This document shows, one piece after another, positions 1 through 11,997 of a stretch of DNA of 64,000 nt. The stretch is taken from assembly GCA_025594325.1 (NCBI GenBank), contig JANHCV010000005.1:1612001-1676000 (forward strand), given 5' to 3'. The notes beneath the pieces were generated by a model. It saw nothing but the letters and a program-made list of their open reading frames with translations. It made no database searches and was not told where the DNA came from. Each line of letters starts with the position of its first letter. The stretch's first letter is position 1. The DNA comes from Blastocladiella emersonii ATCC 22665. Taxonomy: Eukaryota; Fungi; Blastocladiomycota. Made by a program: the position numbers and the translations under genes.

Positions 1-1739
1 CCGACCGTACTCCCGCCGTCGTCCTGACGCCACCGGACCCGGACGACTGCAAGTACCCGCTCCCGTTCCACGCGTACGACCCGCACGGCGAGGACGCGCG
101 CGCGTCGTACCCGGCTTTGACGCTCGTGGAGCAAGAGCTGGCCGCGTACCTGTGCACGGTGCGCGACAAGCTCGACTGGGCGGCCAAGTGGCGGTGCGAC
201 CCGGCGACGCGCGCGGCGTGGCTGCGCGAGCTGCAGGAGGTCGGCGGCGCGACGCCCACACAGGTCGCGTACATCGCGCAGGAGCTCGATTTCCAGGCAT
301 CCGAGGACCCGTGGGCCGCGGGGCCTGATAACGTGTTCGCGCTCGACGGCGAGGTCCCCGACGTTGTGCACTACCGCCTGCTCGCAGCGGTTCGCCGGCT
401 CGAGGTCGCGTCCGCCGCGCGCCCTGACTGGCACCCGGGTACGCGCGGGACGGTGCGCAACCTCGTGCACCCGTCCAACTACCCGCTCGTGTACGGCGCG
501 ACGCGGGTGCGGTACGCGGCGGCGGACCGCGCGCGGAGTGTTGCCGAGTCGGTGCGGTACTACGGGAACGCGGCCGAGGAGGAGGCGCGGGCGCCGCCGC
601 CGCCGCCGCGCGAGCGGGCGAACCGGATTGGAACGCCGCCCGACTTCCAGTCGCAGCGGTACCAGTGGCTGCCGAGCGAGGTGCGCGTCAGCGCCGACGG
701 CGAGGAGGTGAGTGTCCGGTCGTACATCAACGGGCTCCACCCGGAGCGGCACGCGGACGTGTATGAGGTGGTCGAGGGGGTGGTCAAGGTGATGCGGCCG
801 CTGTTCGAGGCCACGCTCGCGCGGCTCGCGAGCCCGGTTCGGCCGCGGATCGAGTGGAGTGCGTTTGCAACTTTCAAGTAGCGGCGACGGGAACTGACGT
901 CCGCAAGAGTAGACCGGTGGCAAATGTACCCGCAGCGCAACTGGGGCGACCCGGCGGTCCCGATCCAGGCCGAGGCGCCGCCGGTGCAGCCCGACATCCC
1001 GGCGCGCGTGAGGCTGCAGTCGAGCGCAAAGCGTAGCGCCGAGCTCATGCCGGTCCTCACGGGGCGCAACATGCAGGTGATCGTCAAGCTGGCGACCCTC
1101 TGCCTCACCCCCGAGACGCCGCGGTCGGCGGGCGGCAGCTGGCACGTCGAGGGGATGCTCAACGAGCGGATTGTGGCAACGGGCCTGTACTACTACGAGA
1201 GCGACAACGTGACGCCCGCCTCGCTCTCGTTCCAGTCAGCGGTACGCGCGCCGCCCTTGGTGCCCGACGACCACCGCGGCGCCGCCGCCGTGTTCGGCCT
1301 GCGCCCGCGCGAGCCCGCGGCCGTGCACCGCGGTACGGTCACGACGCACGCGGGCCGCGTCGTGTGCTTCCCGAACACATACGTGCACCAGCTCGGGCCC
1401 GTCGAGCTCGTCGACGCGACACGGCCCGGGTTCCGCAAGGTGCTCGCCGTGTTCCTCGTCGACCCGCAGCACCCGGTCGTGTCGACGGCCATGGTCAGCC
1501 CGCAACCGGCGGGGTGGCTCGCGGACACTGTCGTCGCGGGGATGGCGGCCGACGACGACAAGGAGCCGGTGGTCCCGGCCGAGGTGGTGCGCATGATCGC
1601 GGACCGCGTGCCCGGCAGGATGACCGAGACGGAGGCACGGGCGCACCGCGACGCGCTCATGGCGGAGCGGACGCGCAGCGTGCCGGTCGGCAGGCGCGTG
1701 AGCGCGGTGCTACCCTCGTTCAATCTCTGCGAGCATTAG
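1..1739 (+). CDS. DUF4246-family protein (putative 2OG-Fe(II) oxygenase-like fold), 5' partial
   Basis: Frame is open from position 3. Intron 859-912 (GTGCGT..CTGAC..TAG) joins ORF 117-881 to ORF 924-1739 in frame (RIEW-N-RWQMYP). Motifs SWHVEGMLNERIVATGLYYY, FPNTYVHQ, RKVLAVFLVDP and C-terminal FNLCEH are typical of fungal DUF4246. Confidence 0.85.
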
Positions 1740-2376
1740 AGACATTTCCCTCACTGTGAAAACTGATCCACAGAGAGACAAAACGCGAGAAAAGAAAAAC
1801 GCGAGGTGGACAGTCCGTCACGCGTCCGTCAGGTGACGCGTCTCCGTGGAGAACGCGCCGCCACCACTCACCCCCGAGCCGTTCTGCTGCGCCGCCCCGT
1901 CGTCCGCCCCGCTCGGACCCCCGTAACTCGCTGCATCGGCTCCCTCGCGCGCGCCGACTCGCTGCAACTCGTCCAGCTGTAGGTACACGTCCCGGATCCG
2001 CGGTGGGGAGCGCGCGGTGGGCGCATGTAGACTGCGGATGGCGCGCCGTGACGCGACGCGCGACACACACACACGGGGCGGCCCCGAAAACGTCTCCCGC
2101 TTGCCCCGCTCCAAATTTCGCAGTGTGTCCCACGTCACGCCGAGCCACCCGCGACGCGTCTGTCCGCGCGCCGACCTGCTCGCACTCGCGCGCCCCCCCC
2201 CCCATCGCGCACCACGAACGCGACGACGCTCATTGACGCGCCCGTGTCTCCCTCCCTTCCCTCCCCGCCCCACTCGACGCATCCGCTCGGTGCTCGATCC
2301 TCTCTCCACCCTACCCCTCCGCCCCGCTTGCTCTGTATCTTCGCGTGACGCATCGACGCACCGACGCACGCACGCC

Positions 2377-2727
2377 ATGTCGACCGCGACGCTCAACGCC
2401 AAATCGTTCCACGACCCGTCGCAGTCGCCGCAGCCCGACTTTGACGCGACCTCCGCCGCCTCCCGAGCCTCGCGCGGTACCACCAAGAAGCTGCTCAAGA
2501 TGTACAACTCGGCCGCCGACGCGGCCTACGCGCAGCCGCCCATCCTCGTGCTCGAGGACGTTGGCGGCGCGCGCCACAACAAGACCTTCGACCTGTACGA
2601 GCGCATCAAGGTCGGCCGCGCCACCTCGTCCAAGACCACGCCCATGCCGTCCAACGGCTTCTTCGACTCCAAGGTCCTGTCGCGCTCGCACGCCGAGGTC
2701 TGGGCCGAGGACGGCAAGGTCTTCATC

Positions 2728-2760
<33 letters not shown>

Positions 2761-4181
2761 AACGGCACCCGCCTCTCCGAGGAGAACCAGACCTCGGCCG
2801 GCGTCGAGCTGCACACGGGCGACCGCATCGAGTTTGGCGTCGACATCATGAACGACACCAACACGGACGTGCTCTTCAAGAAGGTCGCCGTCGCCGTCCG
2901 CCTCGCCACCACCGCCGACGTGATCGACCCCGCCGCCACCAACGCCTCCTCGCCCGTGCGCGGCGACGGGTTCACCACCATGAAGCCCGACGCGTCCAAG
3001 TCGTGCGCGTTTCTTCTCGCACACTGCTCGGTGTGAAGACTGACACGCGTGACTCTTGTAGGCCGATCAGCAAACTCGTCAGCAAGCCGTCCGCCCCCGA
3101 GTCGGTATGTTCTCCTTCTTGCTTGCCCCACTATCCCTCGCCTCTACCCGATCGACACCCCCATCCGCCCTCCCACGCGCTCTTGCCCGTACTCGGACCC
3201 GCATTCACCATGTGTGCGCCCGCCCGCCCTTCCTCGCCGACCCCTCAACCCACCACCCTATCCACCCGAACCTCCCACCTCCTCCCTCCCTGCCACTAGT
3301 CCGCGGCCGCGCCGCGCGTCGTTCACGACGCCGCCGCCAAGGACGTGGCCGACATGATCGCTCCCCTGCAGGCGCAGATCGCCAAGGGGAAGAAGATGGG
3401 CCAGGAGCTGACTGCGCTGCGCAACGACGTCCACGCCATCCAATCCCTTACCCAGCCCTTCAACCCGCGTGAGCTCGAGGACGCCCGCCGCAAGGCCCTG
3501 GCGCTCGAGCGCGAGCTCGGCGACGCGCGCCGCCAGCTCGCCGACCTCAACGCCCAGGTCATTGCCGGGTCCCAGGAAAAGCACCGCCTCGGCCAGGACA
3601 TTGCCAACCTCCAGGCCCAGATCTCGGCCGCCCACGCCGCCACGGCCGCGTCCGCGTCCGCCGCCGACCGCGACGCGGCGATCCAGATCGAGGCCCTCAC
3701 CAATGAGAACCGCACCCTCAACCTCCGCATCGACGAGCTCGTCAACAACGTGAACAACCTCGAGGCCCAGCTCCTCAACGCCAAGGCTATCGCCCAGGAG
3801 GCCTCGGCCGCTGCCGCGTCGCACCAGTCCAAGAACTCGACCGCCGCCGTGAACGGCCGGACAAGCAAGACGTCGGGCATTGCGCCGCCAGCATCAAGCG
3901 TACGCTTCCCTCGCCTCGCGCGGTTCATCGATCCTATACTGACCCTCTATCCCCGTGCGCGCGTGTAGTCGAGCTCCGTGGTCCCAATAATCGCCGTGCT
4001 CCTGGTCCTCGTGGCCATCGCCGTGTACCTGTTCCAGTTTGGCGGCCTCGCCGTCGCCGACGGCCTCACCCAGCAGCACCTCGGCTTCTCGCTCGAGGCC
4101 GCCGTCCGCGGCGCCCAGGACTCGGTCGCCGAGACCGCCCAGAAGCTCCTCAACAACGTCCGGCCCGCCGACGAGCTCTAA
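2377..4181 (+). CDS. VPS64: FHA-domain, coiled-coil, membrane-anchored protein (Vps64/Far9/SLMAP-like STRIPAK subunit)
   Basis: Exons 2377-3002, 3062-3104, 3300-3899, 3969-4181 with canonical GT-AG joins in frame. FHA signature KVGR..NGFFDSKVLSRSHAEVW..IRDVGSSNGTFVNG.RLS, then a coiled coil, a TM segment (VVPIIAVLLVLVAIAVYLF) and a tail ending ADEL. Confidence 0.8.
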
Positions 4182-4549
4182 GCGCGCGGCGGCTGTTGTC
4201 GTCGATGGCGGCGGGTCGTGGTGTAGGTCTGTCTCTTGATTCCCGTTCCGCACCCGTTCGCCGTCGTCGTACCCCCGCTCCTCCCTCCCCTTGCATTATT
4301 TACAGCGCCCGCGCGGCGTATTTCCCTTTCACCCACCCGCCCACTTGTTGTCGTTGAGATCGTAAAACACACGAATTAACGAGGAACCCGACTGGCGGAA
4401 GGCGAAGTGGTGAGCGACGCGACGAGGCTGGAGTGCCGAAGTGCTTGCTGGCTGAGCCACCGCCACAGCCCATCATCGGGTCCATCACACACGCCCCAGA
4501 ACTCTTCGCTTCTCCCCCGCACCACTTCGATATCTCCAGAACGTAGCGA

Positions 4550-6817
4550 ATGGAATCCGACCTCGCGCTCGAGCTGCTCGAGGCCATCGTGGCGCACCTC
4601 GCCCACTCGCCGCGGGACCTCGGCCAGGCGCGCGCCGTGTCGCGCCGCTGGCTCGCCGCTTCGCAGTCGGTCCGCTCGCTCGTCCTGCACTGCCGCCAAT
4701 CCCAAACGCCACTGCCCGACATCCTCGAGCAGTACCCGAACCTGCGCTCGCTCGCCCTCCGCCTCGCGCCGGGCGGGACGTTTGCGAACGGCGCCCCGCG
4801 CAACAAGAGCGACCGCGTCGATGCCTTGCAGTCTGCCGCGGCGCAGTTCCGCGGGCACGCAAAGCTCGAGCGGCTCGAGTCTGACTCGGAGCTCGCCCTG
4901 CCCGGCGCGCTGCAGTGCCCGAACCTCGTCTCGCTCAAGGCGAGCACCGTGTTCACGTTCGATGCGCTGCTCGACGGGTCGGGTAATGGCGTCGAGGCAC
5001 CGTCGGGAAACGTACTGGTGCACAGCGCGCGCAACTTGGCCACGCTCATCGAGGGGCTGCCGAAGCTGCGGTTGCTGCACATGGTGCGGCCGATTTTCTG
5101 GCGCCGCACGGCCCGGCCTGTTGTTGCGGAGGCAGAGCTGGCGCAGGCGGCCGAGGGCGAGGACCCTGTGTTACCGCCGCTCGGCCCTCGCATCACGCCC
5201 GCGCAACCCGTCTCGTCGCTCGAGTCGCTCTGCATCGAGCTGATCCCGGCGTGGGCGCTCATCAACCTGCTCGGGTACATTGGCCGCGGCCACCTGCCGC
5301 ACCTGCGCGAGTTTGCGCTCATGGTCGACCTGCACCTGCCGCGCGACACGTTCCATCTGCTCGCGGCGGGATGCCCAAAGCTTGCGTCGCTGGATATCGC
5401 GCAGGCCCGGTTCGCGCCCGACCACCTCGCCGCGCTCGCGCTGTTTGGCGGATCGCTCACGAAGCTCCGGCTCAACACGGTCGAGTGCTACGTGCCTCGA
5501 TCGCCGCACGTCGCGGGCGGCGACTCGCCGTCGGTGCACAACTGGCTGCTTCCGATGCTCGCCAAGTGGCTGCCGCAGCTCACGTCGCTCGAGCTGGCAC
5601 AATGCGAGTACCTCGAGACGCCCGGCCAGCCGTGGACGCTCGACGCGCACCCAGCCGCGAACAGGACACTCGAGAAGCTCACGCTGCTGCACCCGGACCC
5701 GCGCCACGCGTGCTCGACGGACCTGGTCGCGCAGCTGTTCCCGAACCTGCGCGCGCTGTCGCTGTACACGGACTACGAGCACGCCGTCGACCAGGTCGCT
5801 GCGCTCGCTCAGCTGCCGCACCTGCGCGACCTCGAGCTGCGGTACCAGTCGCCTCCTCGCGGCGGCAGCGCTGTGTCGGCCACGATAGCCAACCCCAGCA
5901 CGACGGTTCCGGTGCTCCCACTGACCACGACGAGCCTGCACCTGTGGCTCCCGCCAGTCCAAGGCTGGGTCGTCTCGCGCGCCATCGCGCCGCTCAGCAA
6001 CTCGCTTACTCGCCTGCAGCTCAGCTACCCGTCGGCGGGCCTCGCCGCCGAGTTTGAGGCTGCCGCTCCCACACTCTCGCTGCCCGTACTGCGCGAGCTC
6101 GACGTCAAGCTGATCGGCGCGCAAAGCGGCGAGACGGCGCAGCGCCTCGTCCGCGCCGTGTGTCGCAACCCGACGTCGCTGCAGCGACTTCACGTGTCCG
6201 CGCTCAACCACGTCCCTGCGCCGTTGGAGGTCGAAACGATCCAGGTGATCGGCGCGAGCGCGCCGCTGCTCCGAACTTTCGAGGTGGTCGGGCTCGCGGT
6301 CGACGGCGCCGCGTTTCACGCGCTCGCCAGGCAGTGGGCGCGGTCGCTTCGCGTGCTCGAGGTCTGCGGTACCGGCGTCGTGTTCCTGGATGCCATGGTG
6401 GACGTCGCGTTGCAACGGCTCCTTGGCGCGTGCACCCGGCTTCGCGCGCTGACGCTGGCTGTCGAGGAGATCAGCGACGACGTAGTCGCGCCCGAACCAG
6501 TGGAGCAGGTGCACCCGATGTACCACAGCGCGAACGACTCGGCCATCGACCTCACTTCTGCTTCGTCGTCCGACGATGATGTGCCTGAACTCGCTGACAG
6601 CGACGGCTCGAGCCCGCCACCCGCGATCCTCAGCCGCCGCGCTCGCGCTGACAGCGGGTCCGGGATTGGCCGTATCCACATGGCGCATGAACGCGGAGCG
6701 GTCCTCTCCAAGTACGCGAAGCGGCTCATGTCCGAGTTCCGCGGACTCGAGGACGTTGTGGTCGAGACCAAGGCCGCGTGCCGCTTCCTTGGCCGAATCT
6801 CAAGTCTGGTTGAGTAA
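4550..6817 (+). CDS. F-box / RNI-like leucine-rich repeat protein, 755 aa, apparently single exon
   Basis: N-terminal F-box pattern LALELLEAIVAHL..PRDLGQARAVSRRW, followed by many LxxLxL repeats (PNLRSLAL, PQLTSLEL, PHLRDLEL, PVLRELDV). GC3-rich codons. Confidence 0.8.
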   Translation: MESDLALELLEAIVAHLAHSPRDLGQARAVSRRWLAASQSVRSLVLHCRQSQTPLPDILEQYPNLRSLALRLAPGGTFANGAPRNKSDRVDALQSAAAQFRGHAKLERLESDSELALPGALQCPNLVSLKASTVFTFDALLDGSGNGVEAPSGNVLVHSARNLATLIEGLPKLRLLHMVRPIFWRRTARPVVAEAELAQAAEGEDPVLPPLGPRITPAQPVSSLESLCIELIPAWALINLLGYIGRGHLPHLREFALMVDLHLPRDTFHLLAAGCPKLASLDIAQARFAPDHLAALALFGGSLTKLRLNTVECYVPRSPHVAGGDSPSVHNWLLPMLAKWLPQLTSLELAQCEYLETPGQPWTLDAHPAANRTLEKLTLLHPDPRHACSTDLVAQLFPNLRALSLYTDYEHAVDQVAALAQLPHLRDLELRYQSPPRGGSAVSATIANPSTTVPVLPLTTTSLHLWLPPVQGWVVSRAIAPLSNSLTRLQLSYPSAGLAAEFEAAAPTLSLPVLRELDVKLIGAQSGETAQRLVRAVCRNPTSLQRLHVSALNHVPAPLEVETIQVIGASAPLLRTFEVVGLAVDGAAFHALARQWARSLRVLEVCGTGVVFLDAMVDVALQRLLGACTRLRALTLAVEEISDDVVAPEPVEQVHPMYHSANDSAIDLTSASSSDDDVPELADSDGSSPPPAILSRRARADSGSGIGRIHMAHERGAVLSKYAKRLMSEFRGLEDVVVETKAACRFLGRISSLVE

Positions 6818-7070
6818 CACACTGAGACGGTTCGGATGGGCTTGTAAAAAATACACGGTGAAGAATTCATAATCAGCCCATGCTGACCCTGAGCAAGGGA
6901 GCTGCCCTGAGCCCATCCATGATTGAGAGTTTGATCCCATCGGGTTTTCAGGTGTTCCGCACGCGAGGGCGGAGGGAGATACACTGTTCATGACACGCAA
7001 TCCCCGTACTTTAAGCCGGCCCCGGCCGGGAATGTTGAGCGTATGCATCACAGGCCTCCTCGAAGGGATG

Positions 7071-7105
7071 CGAGACGCGTTGCGATATCAGGGGGCCAGC
7101 ACGTG
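7071..7105 (+). promoter_or_regulatory. Variant of the CGAGACGCGTTTCG / E-box module upstream of family copy A
   Basis: CGAGACGCGTTGCGATATCA at 7071-7090 differs by one base from the 47280 copy. CACGTG at 7100-7105. About 130 nt upstream of ATG 7203. Confidence 0.45.
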
Positions 7106-7202
7106 TGCCTTGGTCGCCACTCAGTCGCCGCCTCGGGCGCCATCGGCTTGGGCGCGCTCGCTCCCGCCGGTCCTCCCCCCGCACACGACTGAACCCACTA
7201 CC

Positions 7203-9460
7203 ATGGATCATAATCACTACATGCAACGTGCTCATGAAGCTTATGAAGAGCCACACGGCCGCGCACCAGCTCGGCTCCCTACCGAACTCGCCGCCGCTGT
7301 GTTCCGTCTCGCGGCGCCGCGCACCATTGTCGCGGCCGCCTCGGCGTCGTTCAATAATCTCGCACACGAGGAGCCTGTTTACACCTTTTGGACCAAGTCC
7401 ACTGTCAACCGTCTTCTCGCTTTGAGCCCTGATGGTCTCCCGTTGGATAATGCCCTTGACCGCCTTTTGTCCGTGAGGCCCCGAGCCCCGCACTCCATCT
7501 TTTTGAGCCTCGCCAAACTCCTCTGTCGCCGGAGCTTGACCAATCGCCTCAGTATGGACGCGCTTCAACAACGTTTACGAACGACACTCTCCGATCGCTC
7601 GGACGATATCTTGGCGAGCCCTCATGCGACACTTGTTCGCCTTGTCGTTGCACTCCTTTTCAAAAAGTGGCTTGACCCTGCTCACCAAATCATCGTCTTC
7701 ATTGCGACCGAAGCACCGGTTCTACTCGACGTCACTTTGAAGCTCGAGGAGTGGCTCTCAGTCCTCCTCAACTCGAATTACGCCCCCGAAGAGCGAGACC
7801 TCCCGCAGCATCCCGTCCGATTCATCGATGCTCTCTGTTACGCTGCCGCCACGTTCTTCACGCTGACCTTTTTCAAGGAGATTGTCGACGATCCTCGCTT
7901 CCGTGCCGACAAATCGGACATTGCTGGACTGTTTCGCACGGCCACGTCAGCGGAATTCGCGCTGCACGCCGCGCGAGAGCTGATCCTTGATGACGAGCTT
8001 ACCGTTCACTTCAAGCGGCACTTTGACTGGGTCATTGAACACAGTTCGCCAGTGCCAATTTCTCATGCCGTTTGGAAGGTATACGTCCACTCGTCTGTTA
8101 ACTTGGGTCCCGCTGCGTTCATCCCGATGCTTGATGCTTATCCGGATCAGGTACTGTCGACTCTGGTCTTTGACGATACCATCGGCGACTTCCCCGTTGA
8201 CAGTTGGCTGCTCGGGATCGACCCCGACCCCAAGCTGAGCACTCCGGATGAGCTCGGAAACTTTATCACGGACTGGCAGGACGGCCACCTTGCTGTCGAA
8301 GATCTCGAGCTACTTGACACACACGGTCTCGTTGCTTCGACACGCTGGGCCCATATTCTTGGCGCAGCGATTACTCGCAAACAATTCGACTACGTCAAAC
8401 GACTTCGCGCGCGCCACTCCCTTGATGCCTGGAAGGAATTGATTCTTAGGGGTACGGATCAGGATGCACCTCGTACGCGGGTGAACCTGACTGACCCAGC
8501 CCACCAATTGTAGCGTGGCGGAACGGACAAGGCGGTTCGATCCGTCACATTGAGGGCATTCGCCGGGATGTCTTCCGCTTTGCTCTTGTCCCAAGTTTTC
8601 ATGGCGGCGACGACTGTAAGCTTACTCTGTCCGACTTTATTGACACTTACCGTCGCGACCCTGCTCCTCGCGAGCGCGAGGGCGAGCTGTTCCACGTACT
8701 CTTGGACGACGGTGGTAAATTGGCTATTCCGACCGAGTTCCTGCACTACCTTGACTCGCAGTGTCAGGACGAGGCTTTGGTCTGGTCGGCGTCAGTCGAC
8801 GTCACCTGGCTCCTCGCGTCCGCTTTTTCGGTTCCGGATGCCAAGGAAACTCTCATGGCATCAATCGAGGAGACTGGAGCCGCGCACGTATTTCTTCGCA
8901 TCGTGATTCGCGCGCTTTTCCAGCCCAGCAGCGCCTCTCACGCGCCCGCATGGTGCATCAACTTTGTTGGCACTGACCAGGCACTCTGCAAAAGGTGCCC
9001 CATCACCGCGCAGCGAATTTGGCGCGAGGTTGCCGAAACTCTCTTGGCCTTGAGCGGGCCGTCCCACGTCTCCTCGCTTGTGTACTCTGTCGACAAGCCG
9101 TGGAGCAAGCTGTACTGGGACACCCTTGCGGTCGAGTGCTTGTTTGGGATTTCTTCGGAGCATTCGTGCTCCTGCTGTGCAACCGCCACTCTTCAGCGCA
9201 TCGTCCAAGTCTTGTTCGCCGATGATCCGCAGCGTGCGTTGCGCGGGCTGCGTGACGACGTTTCCAGCAGTGCTATCGCCATGGGCATGATTGACTTTCT
9301 TCCCGATGCCGCTCTGGACTCGGTTCCCGCGGCTGAAGTCTTGGCTTTCTTCCTTCGCTGTCTGCACTTGAGTGGTGCGGTGGCCAAGCTGCCTCGATTT
9401 GCCGAGGTCTTTGCGCGTGTCGCTCCCGAAGCGTTCACGATGGCCAATATCAAGCAGTAA
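7203..9460 (+). CDS. Uncharacterised ~731-aa helical protein with F-box-like N-terminus (family copy A, intact)
   Basis: Exons 7203-8451 and 8514-9460. Intron 8452-8513 (GTACGG..CTGAC..TGTAG) joins ORF 6990-8513 to ORF 8702-9460 in frame. N-terminus RLPTELAAAVFRLAAPRTIVAAASASF. Paralogous to copies B and C. Confidence 0.75.
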
Positions 9461-9785
9461 CGATGCTTGTCCGCCCCGATCACCCTTCCGTTTGTTGAAG
9501 CGTTGAGACGGCTATCAGAGCAACGCGTCGATCTGGGCCCGAGCGCGCTCTAAAAATTCTAGTTTAACTATACATGTTCCTCCTGCCTTGACCCAGCGTT
9601 GTGATTTGGGCCCCCGCGCAGACCTGCCAACTGCTTGGTTGCGGGCTCCTAGCGGAACTGCTTACCGATAGCGCCTGGTCATTGAAGAATCGTGTACTTG
9701 AGGAGCTCAAACAAACGGAAACCGGGGTTCGCGAACACAGGGAGTGGGACGCGTTTGGATATCATGGGTCCGCACGTGTTCGTGA

Positions 9786-11622
9786 GCCAGGTCGCTTTCG
9801 TCACAGCGGCGCCGGTCGGACGCGGACGAGCTGGTGCGGGCCGTTGTCTGCATGGCTGAGCCCCGCTCCGTGGTCGCAGCTGCATCCGCTTCTCTCCACG
9901 CGACCATTCTCTCGACGAACCAGTTTTCTTCTCGTGGACCGTATCCGTCGCGGGTCGCCTTGGCGCTGTCGCCCTTTGCTGCGATTCCCGCGGTTCGGAC
10001 GCCCTGACTCGCCTACTGAACCTGGACCTTAACCCGCCCGAGGTGAAAGCAAATGTGCGCAATAATGGAGGGCTTTACGAGCCGGCGTTTGTGCCGTTTG
10101 CGGTACTTGTGAACCTGGCCAAGCTTCTTGTCCGCCGGATCCGGCCCAGCCAGGTCAAGCCGGACTTCCTTTCTCAGCAGCTGCTGGCATGTTTTTCCGA
10201 CCGGCATGACTCTGTTCTGACGGCTCCGCTTTCTACTCTCGTCCGACTCGCCTTTGCTCCCGTTTATTACGCGTGGCTCGAGCCCCTTGGACAAGTCCTT
10301 GACTTCATTGCGACCGAGCTGCCACAAGTACTCGACGTACCGCTGCAACTCACGCAGTGGGTTTCCCTGCCGCTTGATCACGTCGATCTGGCCATGGGAC
10401 ACGTCGAGGGCAGCTTACCCTCGCTTCCGGTCCGGTTTATCGATGCCATGGCGTTCCTGGCCGTCCTGTTTTACGAATATCCGTGTTTTACGATGATCAC
10501 CGAGTCTTCGCAATTCGGTGCAGACTCATCAAGTATCGCCGACTTGCTCAATACGGTCTCATCGGTGGACTACGCGCTTTACGCTGCACGGGACCATGTC
10601 GTTAACAGAACCCTTTTACCTCACCATGCCGACTTCTTTGCCTGGACACTCGAGCGCGTTGCGACCATGCCAGCGCTTGTGCAGCAGCTTTACGTACACT
10701 CTGCTGCAACCCTGTGCTACCACACGGCGTTCATTGCGATCCTCTCCCGCTTCCCCGAGTATGTATTGCTTTAAACGCCCGCTTCACCTGGTCGATTTCA
10801 TTAGCGAGTACTGCCGTGAAGCTGACTCCGAGGACACCCAGGAGCCGCTATCTCGATTCCTATGTGACACAAGCAGGGCAGGCTCGTGATACCTCTCGCG
10901 CTGTTTGACTCGTCGCCCCATGACGAAAAACATATCTGGTCGTCTTCGCTTGATCTGACGAGGCTTTTTGCTCATGCATACGCGAAGGAGGATACCAGGG
11001 ATCGGCTTTTAAATGCCATTGACGCGACTGGTGCCGCATACATGTTCCTTCGCGTTGCGGTCTACGCCTTGCTTGAGCCCCTCGATGGCGGACCTACCGG
11101 TGCTTACACTTGGCTCAAGTATTTGTGCGACGCGGATGTAAACCTTTGCCCCCGCTGTCCCATTACAGCGCAACCGGCTTGGCGCGATCTCGTGGAGGCG
11201 TTACTTCCCCTGGTCACCTGGCGCCTCTCGTCTCCTCCGTTGACGACGTTTGAATGAAGCTGGGTGAGTTCGGTGTTTCTGATAGCCTCGTGTCGCGACA
11301 TCAGCCCGCTTGCTCCTGCGATCACAAGGCCTCCACCCGGCTTGGCCTCTGTCTCTTGTTTGAGAGCGATCCACCGCAAGCCTTTGCTACACCGCGAAAC
11401 GATCTCGACCCGAACCGTGGTGTGAGACGCGTTCCAGTGGGCATCGTGTTCTTTATTCCCGACGGCGCGCTCGACCGATTCCCAGTTCCCGAGGTGTTGG
11501 CTCTCTTCATCCGTGTCTTGGTCGCAAATGGCTGCCAACGGAACTTGGACGCCCGTTGGCTTGTCCGCGAGTTTGAGCGAATCGCCCCCGAAGCGTTTAA
11601 GCTGTTTGATCTCGACGTGTAA
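9786..11622 (+). pseudogene. Pseudogene of the F-box-like family (copy B, tandem duplicate of copy A)
   Basis: Colinear homology to copy A across several frames: MAEPRSVVAAASASL, FIATELPQVLDV, VRFIDAM, LCPRCPITAQ, CSCDHKAS, RIAPEAF. Lesions: +2 at ~9909, large deletion with frameshift at ~10760-10785, +2 at ~10869, frameshift at ~11205, TGA at 11251 where copy A has Trp. Confidence 0.8.
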
Positions 11623-11997
11623 TCGTGCGCGTGCACCCTGCCCTCTAATTTGATTTGTTGTTGTCGTTGCCAAACCTCGCCCCGCTTCGTTCTGTCCCCA
11701 TGCACCTCATGAACAATCCAAGCGTCGCGTCGCGTCGCGTTGCGAAGCCCTCGAAGTGCGTTACGTAGCAACAAGCATCGTCAACCTCCATAAAGTTTTT
11801 TTTTTTTCGAGCCAAAGTTATCATCAGTGTATAGCGCTCTCAAAACGTGTGCGGCACGCGCAGTTCTCTCGAACATGGCCTCGTCTGGGTGATCACATGT
11901 TATGATCACCGCGACCCCAAATCGCTCCAAAGCGCACGCGGACGCAGTCGCAGGGGTACGATGATAAGTTAACAAATCGCATTTGTTCATCAACAAG

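Noticed and set aside
10759-10804. Apparent GTATGT..TTAG intron in copy B
   Set aside because: The sequence inside (LHLVDFISEY) aligns with coding LTLSDFIDTY of copy A, so this is a deletion junction rather than a true intron.
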